Part shown: positions 50,083-59,121 of the stretch, piece by piece
Layout of the letters: the number at the start of each line of letters is the position of its first letter
Position numbering within the stretch: position 1 is the first letter of the stretch
NCBI GenBank assembly: GCA_002496355.1
Contig: DAJP01000050.1
Coordinates: 1,810-60,930, forward strand
Length of the DNA: 59,121 nucleotides
Reading direction: 5' to 3'
DNA from: Euryarchaeota archaeon UBA346
GTDB taxonomy: Archaea > Thermoplasmatota > E2 > DHVEG-1
Notes under the pieces: generated by a model
The model's input: the letters and a program-made list of their open reading frames with translations, nothing else
What the model was told of the DNA's origin: nothing
Database searches by the model: none
Made by a program: the position numbers and the translations under genes

Positions 50083-51415
50083 CAGCGACTGCGGATTGTT
50101 TCATCATCCGTTTCAGAGGTTTACTGAGATGTCGACGGGCGCAGATAGGGACTTCATAGAAACCCGGTGTGATCGAACGTTTTTTTTCCTGCAGGACTGG
50201 CTCTGAACTACTCGTCCCACAATTTCTACATTTGTAGCCTTGATTGGTCCCTTTTGATTTCATATGTTTGCCGCAAGTCGGACACACTGGATTTTCTACC
50301 TTTATGGTCAATGGCACGAGTTGTTTGACATTGATTTTTTCAAGATTGATAGTGAGCGGATGCTCACGGACGCCTCCATAGGCTTCTACAATGTCTCCCT
50401 CGGAAAGCTTTCGAATACTCTTTCGGAATCCTTTTGTTGGTTCATATGCAGCACAATCGATTATCCCGGTTCTATCCTGGATCCTGAAGAGGACATGACC
50501 GCCTTGAATCGTGAACGGAGGTTCAACAACGGTTCCCTGGACGATGACGGATTCATATGGTTTAATCTGATCGATGGATTTTCTCTGCAGATGATCATCG
50601 GTCCCTTGATTCGTCACAAACACCAGCCAACTCTCAATCGGCTCAGATTTCACCTGTTCTGATGCCATCACCAGCTCGTCTGGACTATCCCCTCGTATCC
50701 CATAGAGGATCGGGCAGGGTGACGCTGGGACGATACGATTATGATGATTCTCAATATCATAGTTATCAAACGTGTTTGGGTATTTCGCATCCATGTGTTG
50801 GACAGAACGTGCATCAACATGTCGCTTCGTACCCCATCGTTGTCGCGGCCGATACGTGATCAACTCATAGGTCCAATCCCCGGGTTCCCAGCAGATCGCC
50901 GCGGTCGCCCCAATCAAGCCGCGCTTGTTTTTGTATCCTTCATAGACCGCGCGATGTTTGTGTAGAAGGTTGATGACCTCATCAAGATTTACGACCGTTG
51001 TCACCACTTTCCAATAAAAATCAAGTGGTGGCTTTTCTTGAAGAAGAACATACCCTGGATTTGTGTTCTCATCATCAACCCGGGCTTGTGTTTCAACGGT
51101 CTCCTTCACAATCCTAGCAAGATTCTCCTGCTGACTTTCTGAAAGCTCCAATGACCGATCAGGGGAACAGGATATCTCTTGACCATCAATCATTCCGATT
51201 TTCTGTCTTTTGTTCCCACGGGTTTTCCCAACCTGAAGACACAATGCTCCATTCCCCCGGGTCTTCCAAGGGACATTGGGGTTCAAACGAACAAGCCGTG
51301 GATAACCGATGATCGCATAGTCATCCATGATCTTCTCAATGATAGTCCGTGCTACATACGTGGTGCACCCACCATTCACTGAGTCTGTGTCGTCAATACC
51401 TATCCAGATGAATAT
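50057..51415 (-). CDS. tiaS: tRNA(Ile2) 2-agmatinylcytidine synthetase TiaS (non-canonical start)
   Basis: The ORF track starts at the GTG at 51379. The frame is open for 12 more codons back to an in-frame TGA and encodes IFIWIGIDDTDS, the conserved TiaS N-terminal motif. That stretch contains only ATA/ATC/ATA/ATT codons and no ATG/GTG/TTG. The C-terminal zinc ribbon CPTCGKHMKSKGTNQGYKCRNCG is typical of TiaS. Confidence 0.8.
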   Translation of the reverse strand: MFIWIGIDDTDSVNGGCTTYVARTIIEKIMDDYAIIGYPRLVRLNPNVPWKTRGNGALCLQVGKTRGNKRQKIGMIDGQEISCSPDRSLELSESQQENLARIVKETVETQARVDDENTNPGYVLLQEKPPLDFYWKVVTTVVNLDEVINLLHKHRAVYEGYKNKRGLIGATAAICWEPGDWTYELITYRPRQRWGTKRHVDARSVQHMDAKYPNTFDNYDIENHHNRIVPASPCPILYGIRGDSPDELVMASEQVKSEPIESWLVFVTNQGTDDHLQRKSIDQIKPYESVIVQGTVVEPPFTIQGGHVLFRIQDRTGIIDCAAYEPTKGFRKSIRKLSEGDIVEAYGGVREHPLTINLEKINVKQLVPLTIKVENPVCPTCGKHMKSKGTNQGYKCRNCGTSSSEPVLQEKKRSITPGFYEVPICARRHLSKPLKRMMKQSAVAAIGTSDTP

Positions 51416-51462
51416 TCACCAAAAACGTTATTAGAGAGGTCGTACTTTAAGCTTCATTACCT

Positions 51463-52422
51463 ATGGATAGAACCGACTTACTCACAAACATCAGAGAGTT
51501 TTTAGGGGACGCGGGTTTTTCCGTCTCTGACCCATGTACGTTACGTCTCCCAGGTTTCGACCTCGTGGCTCGACGAGGGGAAACCCTGCTCATTCTTAAA
51601 GTACTGTCAAACATCGATGGTCTCTCAGAGGATGTTGCCCAAGAACTCCGAGCGGTAGCGTATCTGCTCAAAGCAACTCCCTTGCTCATCGGTGAAAAGA
51701 ACGGGGTAAACAACCTTGAGGATGATGTGGTGTATTTCCGGTTTGGCATCCAGACAGTCACGACAGCTACATTGCAGAACCATCTACTTGAGGAAATCCC
51801 GGTACGTGCCTATGCAGCCCCCGGTGGGTTATACGTCAACCTTGACCAGGAAAAAATACGACGATTACGCCAGGAGAAAAACATCTCGCTGGGTAACTTT
51901 GCGCGTCATGTTCGCGTCTCAAGACGCACCGTCCGGATGTATGAGGATGGTATGAGCGCACGCATCGACATCGCGGACCGCATCGAAGAGATGTTTGAAC
52001 AGGCCGTGACAACACCAATTGACCTGCTCAAGCCGTTGCTCATGGAAACCAAACAATTACCGTTCTACAAAAAAAACCAGGGGGACGCCAAAGAACTCCA
52101 ATCCGAGATATTCACCCTGCTTCAGAACATCGGCTATCGCGTCATCCCCATGGATCGCTGCCCCTTTGAAGCTCTGAGCAAAGAAAAGGAAAAAATCCTT
52201 CTTACCTGTGTACAACAATACAATAAGAAACTCGCAGAAAAAGCCCATTTCATCAGCAGTATCGCAAAGATCACTGAGAAACATGCCGTGGTCTTTACTG
52301 ATAAGGATATCGAGAAAAAGAACCTTGAAGGAACCCCGATTATCGGGAAAAAAGAACTACGGAAAATCCGTGATCCTGAGGATGTCTTTACATTAATTCT
52401 CGAGAGAATCACCTCTGATTGA
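51463..52422 (+). CDS. Archaeal putative transcriptional regulator with XRE-type HTH (COG1395-like)
   Basis: 319 aa. The N-terminal domain is followed by RRLRQEKNISLGNFARHVRVSRRTVRMYEDG (HTH_XRE) and a C-terminal domain, the layout of the conserved archaeal COG1395 family. Confidence 0.65.
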   Translation: MDRTDLLTNIREFLGDAGFSVSDPCTLRLPGFDLVARRGETLLILKVLSNIDGLSEDVAQELRAVAYLLKATPLLIGEKNGVNNLEDDVVYFRFGIQTVTTATLQNHLLEEIPVRAYAAPGGLYVNLDQEKIRRLRQEKNISLGNFARHVRVSRRTVRMYEDGMSARIDIADRIEEMFEQAVTTPIDLLKPLLMETKQLPFYKKNQGDAKELQSEIFTLLQNIGYRVIPMDRCPFEALSKEKEKILLTCVQQYNKKLAEKAHFISSIAKITEKHAVVFTDKDIEKKNLEGTPIIGKKELRKIRDPEDVFTLILERITSD

Positions 52423-52445
52423 CTATTATTACTATGACACAAACT

Positions 52446-52453
52446 TTTATAAA
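52446..52453 (+). promoter_or_regulatory. TATA-box-like element upstream of the L1-P0-P1 operon
   Basis: TTTATAAA lies within CTTTTATAAATAAG, 74 nt upstream of the rpl1 ATG. It resembles the archaeal TATA consensus TTTAWATA. Confidence 0.35.
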
Positions 52454-52526
52454 TAAGATTCTTATTCCCGAGAACTACGTTACCCTCTGGAGTAACAAAT
52501 AACCCTTAGAGCGTCGATGATGAATC

Positions 52527-53171
52527 ATGGCAGACAGTAAAACTGTAGAAGCAGTTCAAAAAGCAATTGAGGAATCAAAAAAACTCGAGCGGAAATTCAA
52601 ACAATCGGTAGACGTCGTCATAAACCTAAAAAACATCGATATGAACGATGCGAAGAACCGTGTCGAAGATGAAGTGATGCTTCCCCATGGCAGGGGAACC
52701 GAAGCGAAAATTGCTCTCTTTGCCAGTGGGGATCTTGCGCTCAAATCAAAATCTCATGTTGACTTATTAATAAAACCTGAGGAAATCGAGGAACTCGCCA
52801 AAGATAAGAAAAAATTCAAAAAGATCGCAGACGAGTATGATTTCTTCATCGCCGAGGCACCCTTGATGCCCACGATTGGTAAAACACTCGGTATCATCCT
52901 TGGTCCTCGAGGAAAAATGCCAAAACCCGTGCCACCAACCATCGATATCACCAGTATTGCGAAGAACCTACGGAAAACCGTGAAGGTTCGATCAAAGACT
53001 ACAAAAACCATCCATGCAACGGTCGGCAGAGAAGAGATGAGCACGGAACAGATTGCAGAGAACATTGACGCTATCTTGAAACGACTTGAAGGAAAACTTG
53101 AACGCGGAAAATTGAATATCGGCTCGGTGTACGTGAAAACAAGCATGGGGCCACCAATGCGAATAGGTTAA
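52527..53171 (+). CDS. rpl1: 50S ribosomal protein L1
   Basis: 214 aa. Blocks FKQSVDVVINLK, PHGRG, FFIAEAPLMPTIGKTLG and LGPRGKMP. Confidence 0.92.
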   Translation: MADSKTVEAVQKAIEESKKLERKFKQSVDVVINLKNIDMNDAKNRVEDEVMLPHGRGTEAKIALFASGDLALKSKSHVDLLIKPEEIEELAKDKKKFKKIADEYDFFIAEAPLMPTIGKTLGIILGPRGKMPKPVPPTIDITSIAKNLRKTVKVRSKTTKTIHATVGREEMSTEQIAENIDAILKRLEGKLERGKLNIGSVYVKTSMGPPMRIG

Positions 53172-53183
53172 AGGTGTTAGGTT

Positions 53184-54062
53184 ATGGCGCATGTCGCATC
53201 ATGGAAACACGGGGAGGTCTCAGAGATTACATCTCTGGTGACTCACCATAAAATCATCGGAATCCTTGATATCGGAGGTATTCCTGCTCCACAGCTTCAG
53301 CAGATGCGAGGTGGTATCCGAGCGAAAGCTCAGATCCGTGCATCGAAGAACACACTGATTTTAAAAGCATTAGACGAAGCGGAATCTCAGGTGAAAGGAA
53401 TCGGTGCCCTGAAAGATGAGGTGCACGGTCAAGCCGCTATCATCGCGACCGATATGAACCCGTTCGCATTATATCGAGAGATAAAAGCAACACGGAAGAT
53501 GGCCCCAGCAAAAGGAGGCGAAATCGCATCCCATGATATTGAGGTTCTCGCGGGGGACACTCCCTTCAAACCTGGTCCGATCGTCGGAGAACTTCAAAAA
53601 GTAGGGATCCCAGCCGCTATTTCGGAAGGAAAAGTCGTCATTAAGAGCGACAAAGTCCTTGTCGAAGCAGGACAGAAGATTTCACGGGAACTTGCTCAAA
53701 TGCTTTCTCGTCTCGATATTTTCCCTATTGAACTTGGATTGAAATTAAACGCCGTGTATGAACTCGGCGATATTTACCGACCAGACGTCCTTGATATTGA
53801 CATGGATCGGTTCATGGGCCAGTTACGAACAGCATCATTTACTGCATTAGGCCTCGCGATGGAGACCGGCTGGGCAAATCCCCAGACGATTCGTCCTCTG
53901 TTAGCAAAGGCATATCTGAGCGCACATACTCTTGCGGTGGAAAAGAACATTTACACCAAGGATACTATGAAGACGCTACTTGCCAAGGCACAACGTTCGA
54001 TGCTGTCTGTTTCATCACAGGTTAAACCTGTTAGTAAAGAGGGCGAAAAAACCCCAACCTAG
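53184..54062 (+). CDS. rplP0: 50S ribosomal protein L10 / acidic ribosomal protein P0
   Basis: 292 aa. The N-terminus (WKHGEVSEITSLVTHHKIIGILDIGGIPAPQLQQMRGGIR) is typical of archaeal P0. It lies between L1 and P1. Confidence 0.9.
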   Translation: MAHVASWKHGEVSEITSLVTHHKIIGILDIGGIPAPQLQQMRGGIRAKAQIRASKNTLILKALDEAESQVKGIGALKDEVHGQAAIIATDMNPFALYREIKATRKMAPAKGGEIASHDIEVLAGDTPFKPGPIVGELQKVGIPAAISEGKVVIKSDKVLVEAGQKISRELAQMLSRLDIFPIELGLKLNAVYELGDIYRPDVLDIDMDRFMGQLRTASFTALGLAMETGWANPQTIRPLLAKAYLSAHTLAVEKNIYTKDTMKTLLAKAQRSMLSVSSQVKPVSKEGEKTPT

Positions 54063-54077
54063 TAGGAGGACAAAGCT

Positions 54078-54377
54078 ATGGAGTATGTATATAGTGCGAT
54101 GCTTCTGCATTCCGCAGGCCAACCTATTAACGAAGAGAATGTAAAGAAAGTTCTCACTGCCGCTGGTGTAAAAACTGATGCCGCACGAGTAAAAGCACTT
54201 GTTGCTTCACTCGAGGGTGTCAATATTGACGAGGCGATAAAAGCAGCCGCCGTCCCAGTCGCAGCGCCTGCCGCAGCCGCAGCACCTGCTGAAAAGAAAG
54301 AGAAAAAGAAAGAAGAAAAGAAAGAAGAAGTTACTCAAGACGAAGCAGCAGCTGGACTTAGCGCGTTATTTGATTAA
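54078..54377 (+). CDS. rpl12: 50S ribosomal protein L12 / P1 stalk protein
   Basis: 99 aa. [26 protein letters not shown], an Ala/Pro hinge, a KEEKK-rich tail and the conserved C-terminal GLSALFD. Confidence 0.92.
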   Translation: MEYVYSAMLLHSAGQPINEENVKKVLTAAGVKTDAARVKALVASLEGVNIDEAIKAAAVPVAAPAAAAAPAEKKEKKKEEKKEEVTQDEAAAGLSALFD

Positions 54378-54384
54378 AGATGCA

Positions 54385-54423
54385 GAGGTTGTCATCACAC
54401 AACCCTCTTCTTTTTGTTTTTTT
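54385..54423 (+). terminator. Hairpin plus oligo-T terminator after rpl12
   Basis: GAGGTTGT (54385-54392) pairs with ACAACCCTC (54399-54407) with one bulged C. TTCTTTTTGTTTTTTTCT follows. Confidence 0.5.
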
Positions 54424-54508
54424 CTCATCATATTTTTTCTAAAGAGCCCTCGTGATAGATTTTTCATACGACCATCATTTATAATGATTTTAAAAAAAAC
54501 AATGAAAG

Positions 54509-54639
54509 GTGGGGGACGGGATGCATTGGATGGGAGGAAAATGCCTTTAGTGGAAAGCAGATATCTAAAGATACCTCCCCAATGTCTATTGTGTCCCCCA
54601 ACAACAAATAATCATGGAAAATAAATAGTTTTCCCCCAC
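54509..54639. ncRNA. Candidate structured RNA (nested helices) in the rpl12/C25 convergent spacer
   Basis: The outer 8-bp helix is GTGGGGGA (54509-16) with TCCCCCAC (54632-39). The inner helices are GGGAGG (54532-37) with CCTCCC (54574-79), and CTTTAG (54545-50) with CTAAAG (54565-70). All pairs are Watson-Crick, so the strand is undetermined. No family recognised. Confidence 0.25.
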
Positions 54640-54725
54640 TGTTCCTTCTCCTGTTGATTTTTTGTATGCTTGAAGTGTCTGATAGGCCTCGCACAAGAGA
54701 TGAAAACAAGGGTTGTTATCCCTGT

Positions 54726-56633
54726 CTATTGGTAGCCTCCGGTCATCAGACTTGGGTCGCCAAGGAGCATGAATTCTTCAATTGTGAAATAATCTGGTCC
54801 GACGTTTTGGATATACGCATTTTGTGAGCTGGTCAACATCTGGCCAATGGTGATTCCGTCGGTATAGGCGTCGAAGAAATGCACATTCAGGTAACCAGCA
54901 CCGCCATACACACCATTGGAATCAACCCAGGTATATGCCGTTCGTGTCGATCCGATCGTCGCAATCGCTCCACCTTGCTCGTTTGCCAGAAAACTCCAGG
55001 CGAAACATTGGTAAAAATCATGGGGATCTGATGAGAGGCTGAAGATTCTGACCAAGGTATTAGTCATTTTTGGGTAATAGTTCCGCAGATCAGTGATATT
55101 GAAATCCAGTTTTGCCGTCAGACAGGCATCAAAGAAGATAATGGGTAGTTTATAGCCGTTTTTCAACCCTTTTAAATACGGGGTGTAATAGTAGATTTTA
55201 GCTTTTGTTATCGCGTTAGGTCGGGACGTCCCCCATCCATGTTCAAACCCGTGACCTGAATAGCTAACAAACCCAGCACCTTTATTGATTGCCCAGTTGA
55301 AATTAATGCGATGAAGATTGAATTTTGAGGTCCAAAGGAATGTCTGTTGGAAATCAGGCATCGTCTGAGCCACCTTGATATTCGTAATCTCTCCTTCGTA
55401 GACAAAGGGTGGAGCACCCATGCTCACGGGGAAGGTATCTCCCCCTGCAAGAATAAGGCGTTTGAACCAGATCTGATTTGAGGTCTCCTGCTCATAGACA
55501 ATGATTTTACTGACGACCGTTTGGACTTCTGTGACATCTGCGCAGGCGAGCCTTCCGATATGCACGTCCGCGTACAAATCAACACCGTCGAGATCGTAAC
55601 CGTCTTCATCGATCTCACCGAACCGATCATTCCCGTTTGCATCCCAGCTGCAGAAATCTCCATTCGCATCAAAAACGTCTCCATAGTAAAGATCTGATAG
55701 GAGGTCTTGTTCCCACCAAGATGCGTAGGTGAAACGGATCGGAAGTTTCTTCATGTCACCGACTAGCAGGACATACTTGGTATCCCACTCCTCGGCTGCT
55801 TCCTTGATGAAGTATTTGATCCGTTCAGCGTCATCTCGTCCATAATGCGAGCCGTAAATCTCCTCAAGTGGGACAAGGATGGTGGAGACACCATAGCTGT
55901 TCTTGTGGTTAATAAGCGGCTGCAACGACTCAGAAAATTCAGTAGGGGAGATGATCACTAAGGAGTACGGTTCTGAGGAAGCAGGAGCAGGAGCCCCCTC
56001 CGTATAGCTGATTTCAATGGTGAAATGAGTGCTATAGAGCAGCGTATCAGAATTTGGTGCATAACGAACGGGATTGATCTGGACGGTAACAAAGAGAGTA
56101 TGGTCATTGTCACTGTTTAACCCAGCCCCAGAGTTGACCGTGTACCATGATGTAGGGTACAATTGATCATTGCCATAGACATCCTCATTGAACACACCAT
56201 CCACTGGGACGAGTTGATCACCAATCTTTTGTTTGGTCGGAACCGGTCGAATGAGCTTTTCCACAATCATGGTCTGCATCGTCGATGGCTCAACATCAAC
56301 AGAGATGATCCTGGTTCCAAGAGGAAACTCAAAGGTTTTTGAGAACGTCGGCAACATGGGGCATCCTTCTACGGTGAGCACCCCGGTCGCCATATTGACA
56401 ATGATTTCACCAAGGTTATCCTTGACATTCAGAACCGGAACTGAGAAAGCAACCTGATCCACGAGAACTTCCTGTTCGACAGTATCCCTTTGAGCAATCG
56501 CAGGCATAACGTTAGCAATCAGTAAAAGAAGTAGTATTCCACCTATGATGAAAGTATGTATCTGCGTGTTCTTCATATAATATCCCCTTGGAAAGAGCGA
56601 ATCAAATAGTCCTATATTAATCTTGATTCTCAA
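54726..56633 (-). CDS. Secreted peptidase C25 (gingipain-like) family cysteine protease
   Basis: The likely start is the ATG at 56576 (MKNTQIHTFIIGGILLLLLIANVMPAIA, signal-like). KYVLLVGDMKKLPIRF. Catalytic His context FVSYSGHGFEHGW and Cys context LPIIFFDACLTA. Confidence 0.7.
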   Translation of the reverse strand: MRIKINIGLFDSLFPRGYYMKNTQIHTFIIGGILLLLLIANVMPAIAQRDTVEQEVLVDQVAFSVPVLNVKDNLGEIIVNMATGVLTVEGCPMLPTFSKTFEFPLGTRIISVDVEPSTMQTMIVEKLIRPVPTKQKIGDQLVPVDGVFNEDVYGNDQLYPTSWYTVNSGAGLNSDNDHTLFVTVQINPVRYAPNSDTLLYSTHFTIEISYTEGAPAPASSEPYSLVIISPTEFSESLQPLINHKNSYGVSTILVPLEEIYGSHYGRDDAERIKYFIKEAAEEWDTKYVLLVGDMKKLPIRFTYASWWEQDLLSDLYYGDVFDANGDFCSWDANGNDRFGEIDEDGYDLDGVDLYADVHIGRLACADVTEVQTVVSKIIVYEQETSNQIWFKRLILAGGDTFPVSMGAPPFVYEGEITNIKVAQTMPDFQQTFLWTSKFNLHRINFNWAINKGAGFVSYSGHGFEHGWGTSRPNAITKAKIYYYTPYLKGLKNGYKLPIIFFDACLTAKLDFNITDLRNYYPKMTNTLVRIFSLSSDPHDFYQCFAWSFLANEQGGAIATIGSTRTAYTWVDSNGVYGGAGYLNVHFFDAYTDGITIGQMLTSSQNAYIQNVGPDYFTIEEFMLLGDPSLMTGGYQ

Positions 56634-56736
56634 ATCAATTTAACGAGGCTATTGTATTTAAGATTTGTTATAATAAAATTGGTCAAACACCAAGCGATTC
56701 TCACCCCATAAAAACCAGAGTTCTTGGAGAAGAGAC

Positions 56737-56744
56737 TTTAAATA
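56737..56744 (+). promoter_or_regulatory. TATA-box-like element upstream of the S12-S7-EF2 operon
   Basis: TTTAAATA is preceded by purine-rich GAGAAGAGAC (BRE-like), 49 nt upstream of the rps12 ATG. An SD-like GGTGA sits 4 nt before the ATG. Confidence 0.45.
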
Positions 56745-56792
56745 TTAAAAGCCGTATACTGCCTCACTTCCATCAGATAAAACAGGTGAACT

Positions 56793-57224
56793 ATGGGCAA
56801 AGGAATAAACGCCGCACGCCAACTAAAAAAAGCACGAAAGAACCAATTGTGGAACGACCGGTACTACAAAAAACGAATCCTTCATCTCAAAGAAAAAGCA
56901 GATCCACTCGGAGGCGTACCACAAGCGCGAGGCATCGTTATCGAAAAGGTTGGTATCGAGGCAAAACAGCCCAACTCAGCAATCCGGAAATGCGTCAAAA
57001 TCCAACTTATAAAAAACGGTCGGCAGATCACCGCGTTTGCCCCAGGCAACCATGCGATTGGATTCATCGATGAACACGACGAAGTCGTCGTCGAAGGCAT
57101 CGGTGGTCGGATGGGGCGAAGTTATGGTGATATCCCTGGCGTCCGTTTCAAAGTCATCAAAGTCAATGATGTCTCTTTAGACCAACTGGTAAAAGGAAAA
57201 ATTGAGAAACCAATGAGACGGTAA
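56793..57224 (+). CDS. rps12: 30S ribosomal protein S12
   Basis: 143 aa. [45 protein letters not shown] is near-universal S12 sequence. Confidence 0.95.
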   Translation: MGKGINAARQLKKARKNQLWNDRYYKKRILHLKEKADPLGGVPQARGIVIEKVGIEAKQPNSAIRKCVKIQLIKNGRQITAFAPGNHAIGFIDEHDEVVVEGIGGRMGRSYGDIPGVRFKVIKVNDVSLDQLVKGKIEKPMRR

Positions 57225-57226
57225 CT

Positions 57227-57820
57227 ATGAGTGAAAAGAAAGACCCACAACCCAGTGCAGCATTCTTCCCGATGTTCTTAAAATACGACCTTAGCACAAT
57301 AAAAATCGAAGACCTAGGTCTGCAACGGTACATCAACCTCGAAAACAAGGATTTCTTCCTTGGTGCACCACATGCGAACAAGATGTTCGGGAAAGCAAAT
57401 GTCCCGATTATCGAACGACTCATCAACATCCTGATGAAAACCGAGATGTACACCGGGCAGAAGACCAAGGCATATACCGCGGTCCGCAAAGCATTTGAAA
57501 TCATCGATAAACGCACCAAAACGAACCCAGTCCAAGTCCTCATCGATGCGTTACAAAACGCAGCACCAAAAGAGGAAACAACCCGGTTACGGTTTGGTGG
57601 CATCATGGTTCCAAAAGCGGTGGATATCTCACCGCAACGCAGACTGGACATCGCGTTACGTAACATTTGCACGGGTTCCATGACTGCGAGTCATAAAAAT
57701 AAGAAGAGAATCGAGGCATGTCTTGCTGATGAGCTCTTCAAGGCTAGCAAGAATGATCCTGCATCTTTTGCGGTTGCAAAGAAAAATGATCTTGAACGGG
57801 TCGCCAAAGCAGCTCGATAA
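57227..57820 (+). CDS. rps7: 30S ribosomal protein S7
   Basis: 197 aa, 2 nt after the rps12 stop. Blocks NILMKTEMYTGQKTKAYTAVRKAFEII and ALQNAAPKEETTRLRFGGI. Confidence 0.92.
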   Translation: MSEKKDPQPSAAFFPMFLKYDLSTIKIEDLGLQRYINLENKDFFLGAPHANKMFGKANVPIIERLINILMKTEMYTGQKTKAYTAVRKAFEIIDKRTKTNPVQVLIDALQNAAPKEETTRLRFGGIMVPKAVDISPQRRLDIALRNICTGSMTASHKNKKRIEACLADELFKASKNDPASFAVAKKNDLERVAKAAR

Positions 57821-57856
57821 AAAAATAAGATATGGATTTTTGAAGGTGTATAACAC

Positions 57857-59121
57857 ATGGGGCGAAAAGAAGAGAATATTCAAAAAGCAACAGCGCTGAT
57901 GAATAAATTAGATCATATTCGAAACATTGGGATTGCTGCACATATTGATCATGGGAAAACCACGTTTTCAGATAACCTCATCGCAGGTTGCGGGATGATG
58001 AGCGAGGAGCTTGCTGGGAAACAACTGGTCTTAGATTACGATGAGCAGGAGCAGGCTCGTGGGATTACGATTAACGCGGCATCAGCATCCATGGTTCACA
58101 ACGTTGAGGGACAAGATTACCTGATTAACTTAATTGATACACCCGGTCATGTCGACTTTGGTGGTGATGTTACCCGTGCGATGCGAGCAGTAGATGGTTG
58201 CATCATTGTCGTCTGTGCCGTAGAAGGTGCGATGCCACAGACGGAAACGGTGATTCGTCAAGCGATTCGTGAAAAAGTAAAACCAGTATTATTCATCAAC
58301 AAGGTAGACCGACTTATTAATGAACTTCGAGTCACACCAGAAGAGATGCAAAATCGATTCATTAAAATCATCAACAGGTTCAACGAACTTCTCGATCGTG
58401 TTGTCCCTGATGAGTTCAAAGGGAAATGGAACGTGAAAGTCGATAACGGAACTGTTGCGTTTGGTTCCGCGTTCCATAACTGGGCGGTCTCCGTTCCCCG
58501 TATGAAAAAAACTAACTTAGGATTCAAAGATGTCTATAACTACTGTAAGGACAATGATCAGAAAACCTTAGCGAAACGATCCCCTATCCATGAAGTTGTT
58601 TTAGACATGGTTATTGGTCATCTCCCGTCACCGAATGTTGCACAAAAATATAGGATTCCGCATATCTGGAGAGGGGATTTGACTACCGCTCTTGGGAAAA
58701 GCATGGTCGAGTGTAATGAGAATGGACCGTTAGCGTTGATGGTTACGAAGATTATCCTTGATCCGCATGCCGGCGAGGTGGCGATTGGTCGGATGTTCAG
58801 TGGAAAGATCCAGCGTGGTCAGGAATTATATGTCATTGGCATGCCGAACAAGAATCGTGTCCAGCAGGTCAACGTCATGGTTGGACCCGACCGTATCCCC
58901 ATTGAGTATGTGAGTGCAGGAAATATTGTTGCCGCAACTGGTATCCGTGATGCGATCGCAGGATGTACCGTGACCGATAACCCTGAGGCTGAACCCTTTG
59001 AGCGTATCGTACATGTCTCCGAGCCGGTCGTCACAGTCGCTGTCGAGGCGAAAAATACAAAGGATCTTCCAAAACTCGTTGAGGTACTTCGATTAATCTC
59101 CAAGGCAGACCCCAGTATCCA
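57857..59121 (+). CDS. fusA: Elongation factor 2 (aEF-2), 3' end outside window
   Basis: Absent from the ORF track because no stop is reached. The ATG at 57857 gives [42 protein letters not shown]...[21 protein letters not shown]...NKVDRL. The frame stays open to the window end. Confidence 0.9.
   Translation, partial: MGRKEENIQKATALMNKLDHIRNIGIAAHIDHGKTTFSDNLIAGCGMMSEELAGKQLVLDYDEQEQARGITINAASASMVHNVEGQDYLINLIDTPGHVDFGGDVTRAMRAVDGCIIVVCAVEGAMPQTETVIRQAIREKVKPVLFINKVDRLINELRVTPEEMQNRFIKIINRFNELLDRVVPDEFKGKWNVKVDNGTVAFGSAFHNWAVSVPRMKKTNLGFKDVYNYCKDNDQKTLAKRSPIHEVVLDMVIGHLPSPNVAQKYRIPHIWRGDLTTALGKSMVECNENGPLALMVTKIILDPHAGEVAIGRMFSGKIQRGQELYVIGMPNKNRVQQVNVMVGPDRIPIEYVSAGNIVAATGIRDAIAGCTVTDNPEAEPFERIVHVSEPVVTVAVEAKNTKDLPKLVEVLRLISKADPSI

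Noticed and set aside
52518-52526. GATGATGA upstream of rpl1, resembling a C-box of a C/D-box sRNA
   Set aside because: It sits directly on the rpl1 start region, with no matching D box (CTGA) or terminal stem at sRNA-like spacing. It is most simply part of the 5' UTR and start context.
54370-54709. ORFs of 84 aa (plus strand) and 76 aa (minus strand) in the rpl12/C25 spacer
   Set aside because: There is no start context, no recognisable domains, and the composition is odd. The region is better described as a terminator plus a possible structured RNA.

Overview
Archaeal chromosomal window. The informational genes are archaeal: class I CCA-adding enzyme, membrane LonB, TiaS, NOG1-type GTPase, ribosomal proteins L1/P0/P1 and S12/S7, and aEF-2. 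I support about 52 protein genes, one tRNA-Gly(GCC), a few oligo-T terminators and TATA-like promoters. I saw no rRNA, CRISPR array, transposase or integrase. Both ends cut genes: a multi-PAS histidine kinase runs in from the left, and aEF-2 runs out on the right and is missing from the ORF track. Most of the window is housekeeping, with several bacterial-looking genes (LigA, PolX, MetV/MetF, FbaB). Four things stand out. (1) An eight-gene minus-strand cluster (17456-27599) plus one convergent paralogue carries four UbiA-family prenyltransferases, a geranylgeranyl reductase, a CrtI-like flavoprotein, a CruF-like membrane protein and a 1084-aa membrane protein. One of its genes is strongly low in GC, and an RND/MMPL-type exporter lies nearby. 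I read it as an uncharacterised isoprenoid or membrane-lipid modification system. (2) Three conserved genes (tiaS, the reductase, pdxT) have family-conserved N-termini that can only be translated from ATA/ATT/ATC codons, each behind a Shine-Dalgarno-like motif. No ATG/GTG/TTG is available. (3) polX, ligA and a Cys-rich mini-protein gene are stacked on the same strand. (4) A candidate nested-helix RNA sits in the spacer after the P1 gene, and a 12-nt-phased ATGTTT repeat array sits in the divergent promoter of the lipid cluster. All functional calls rest on motifs read by eye. No database search was run.
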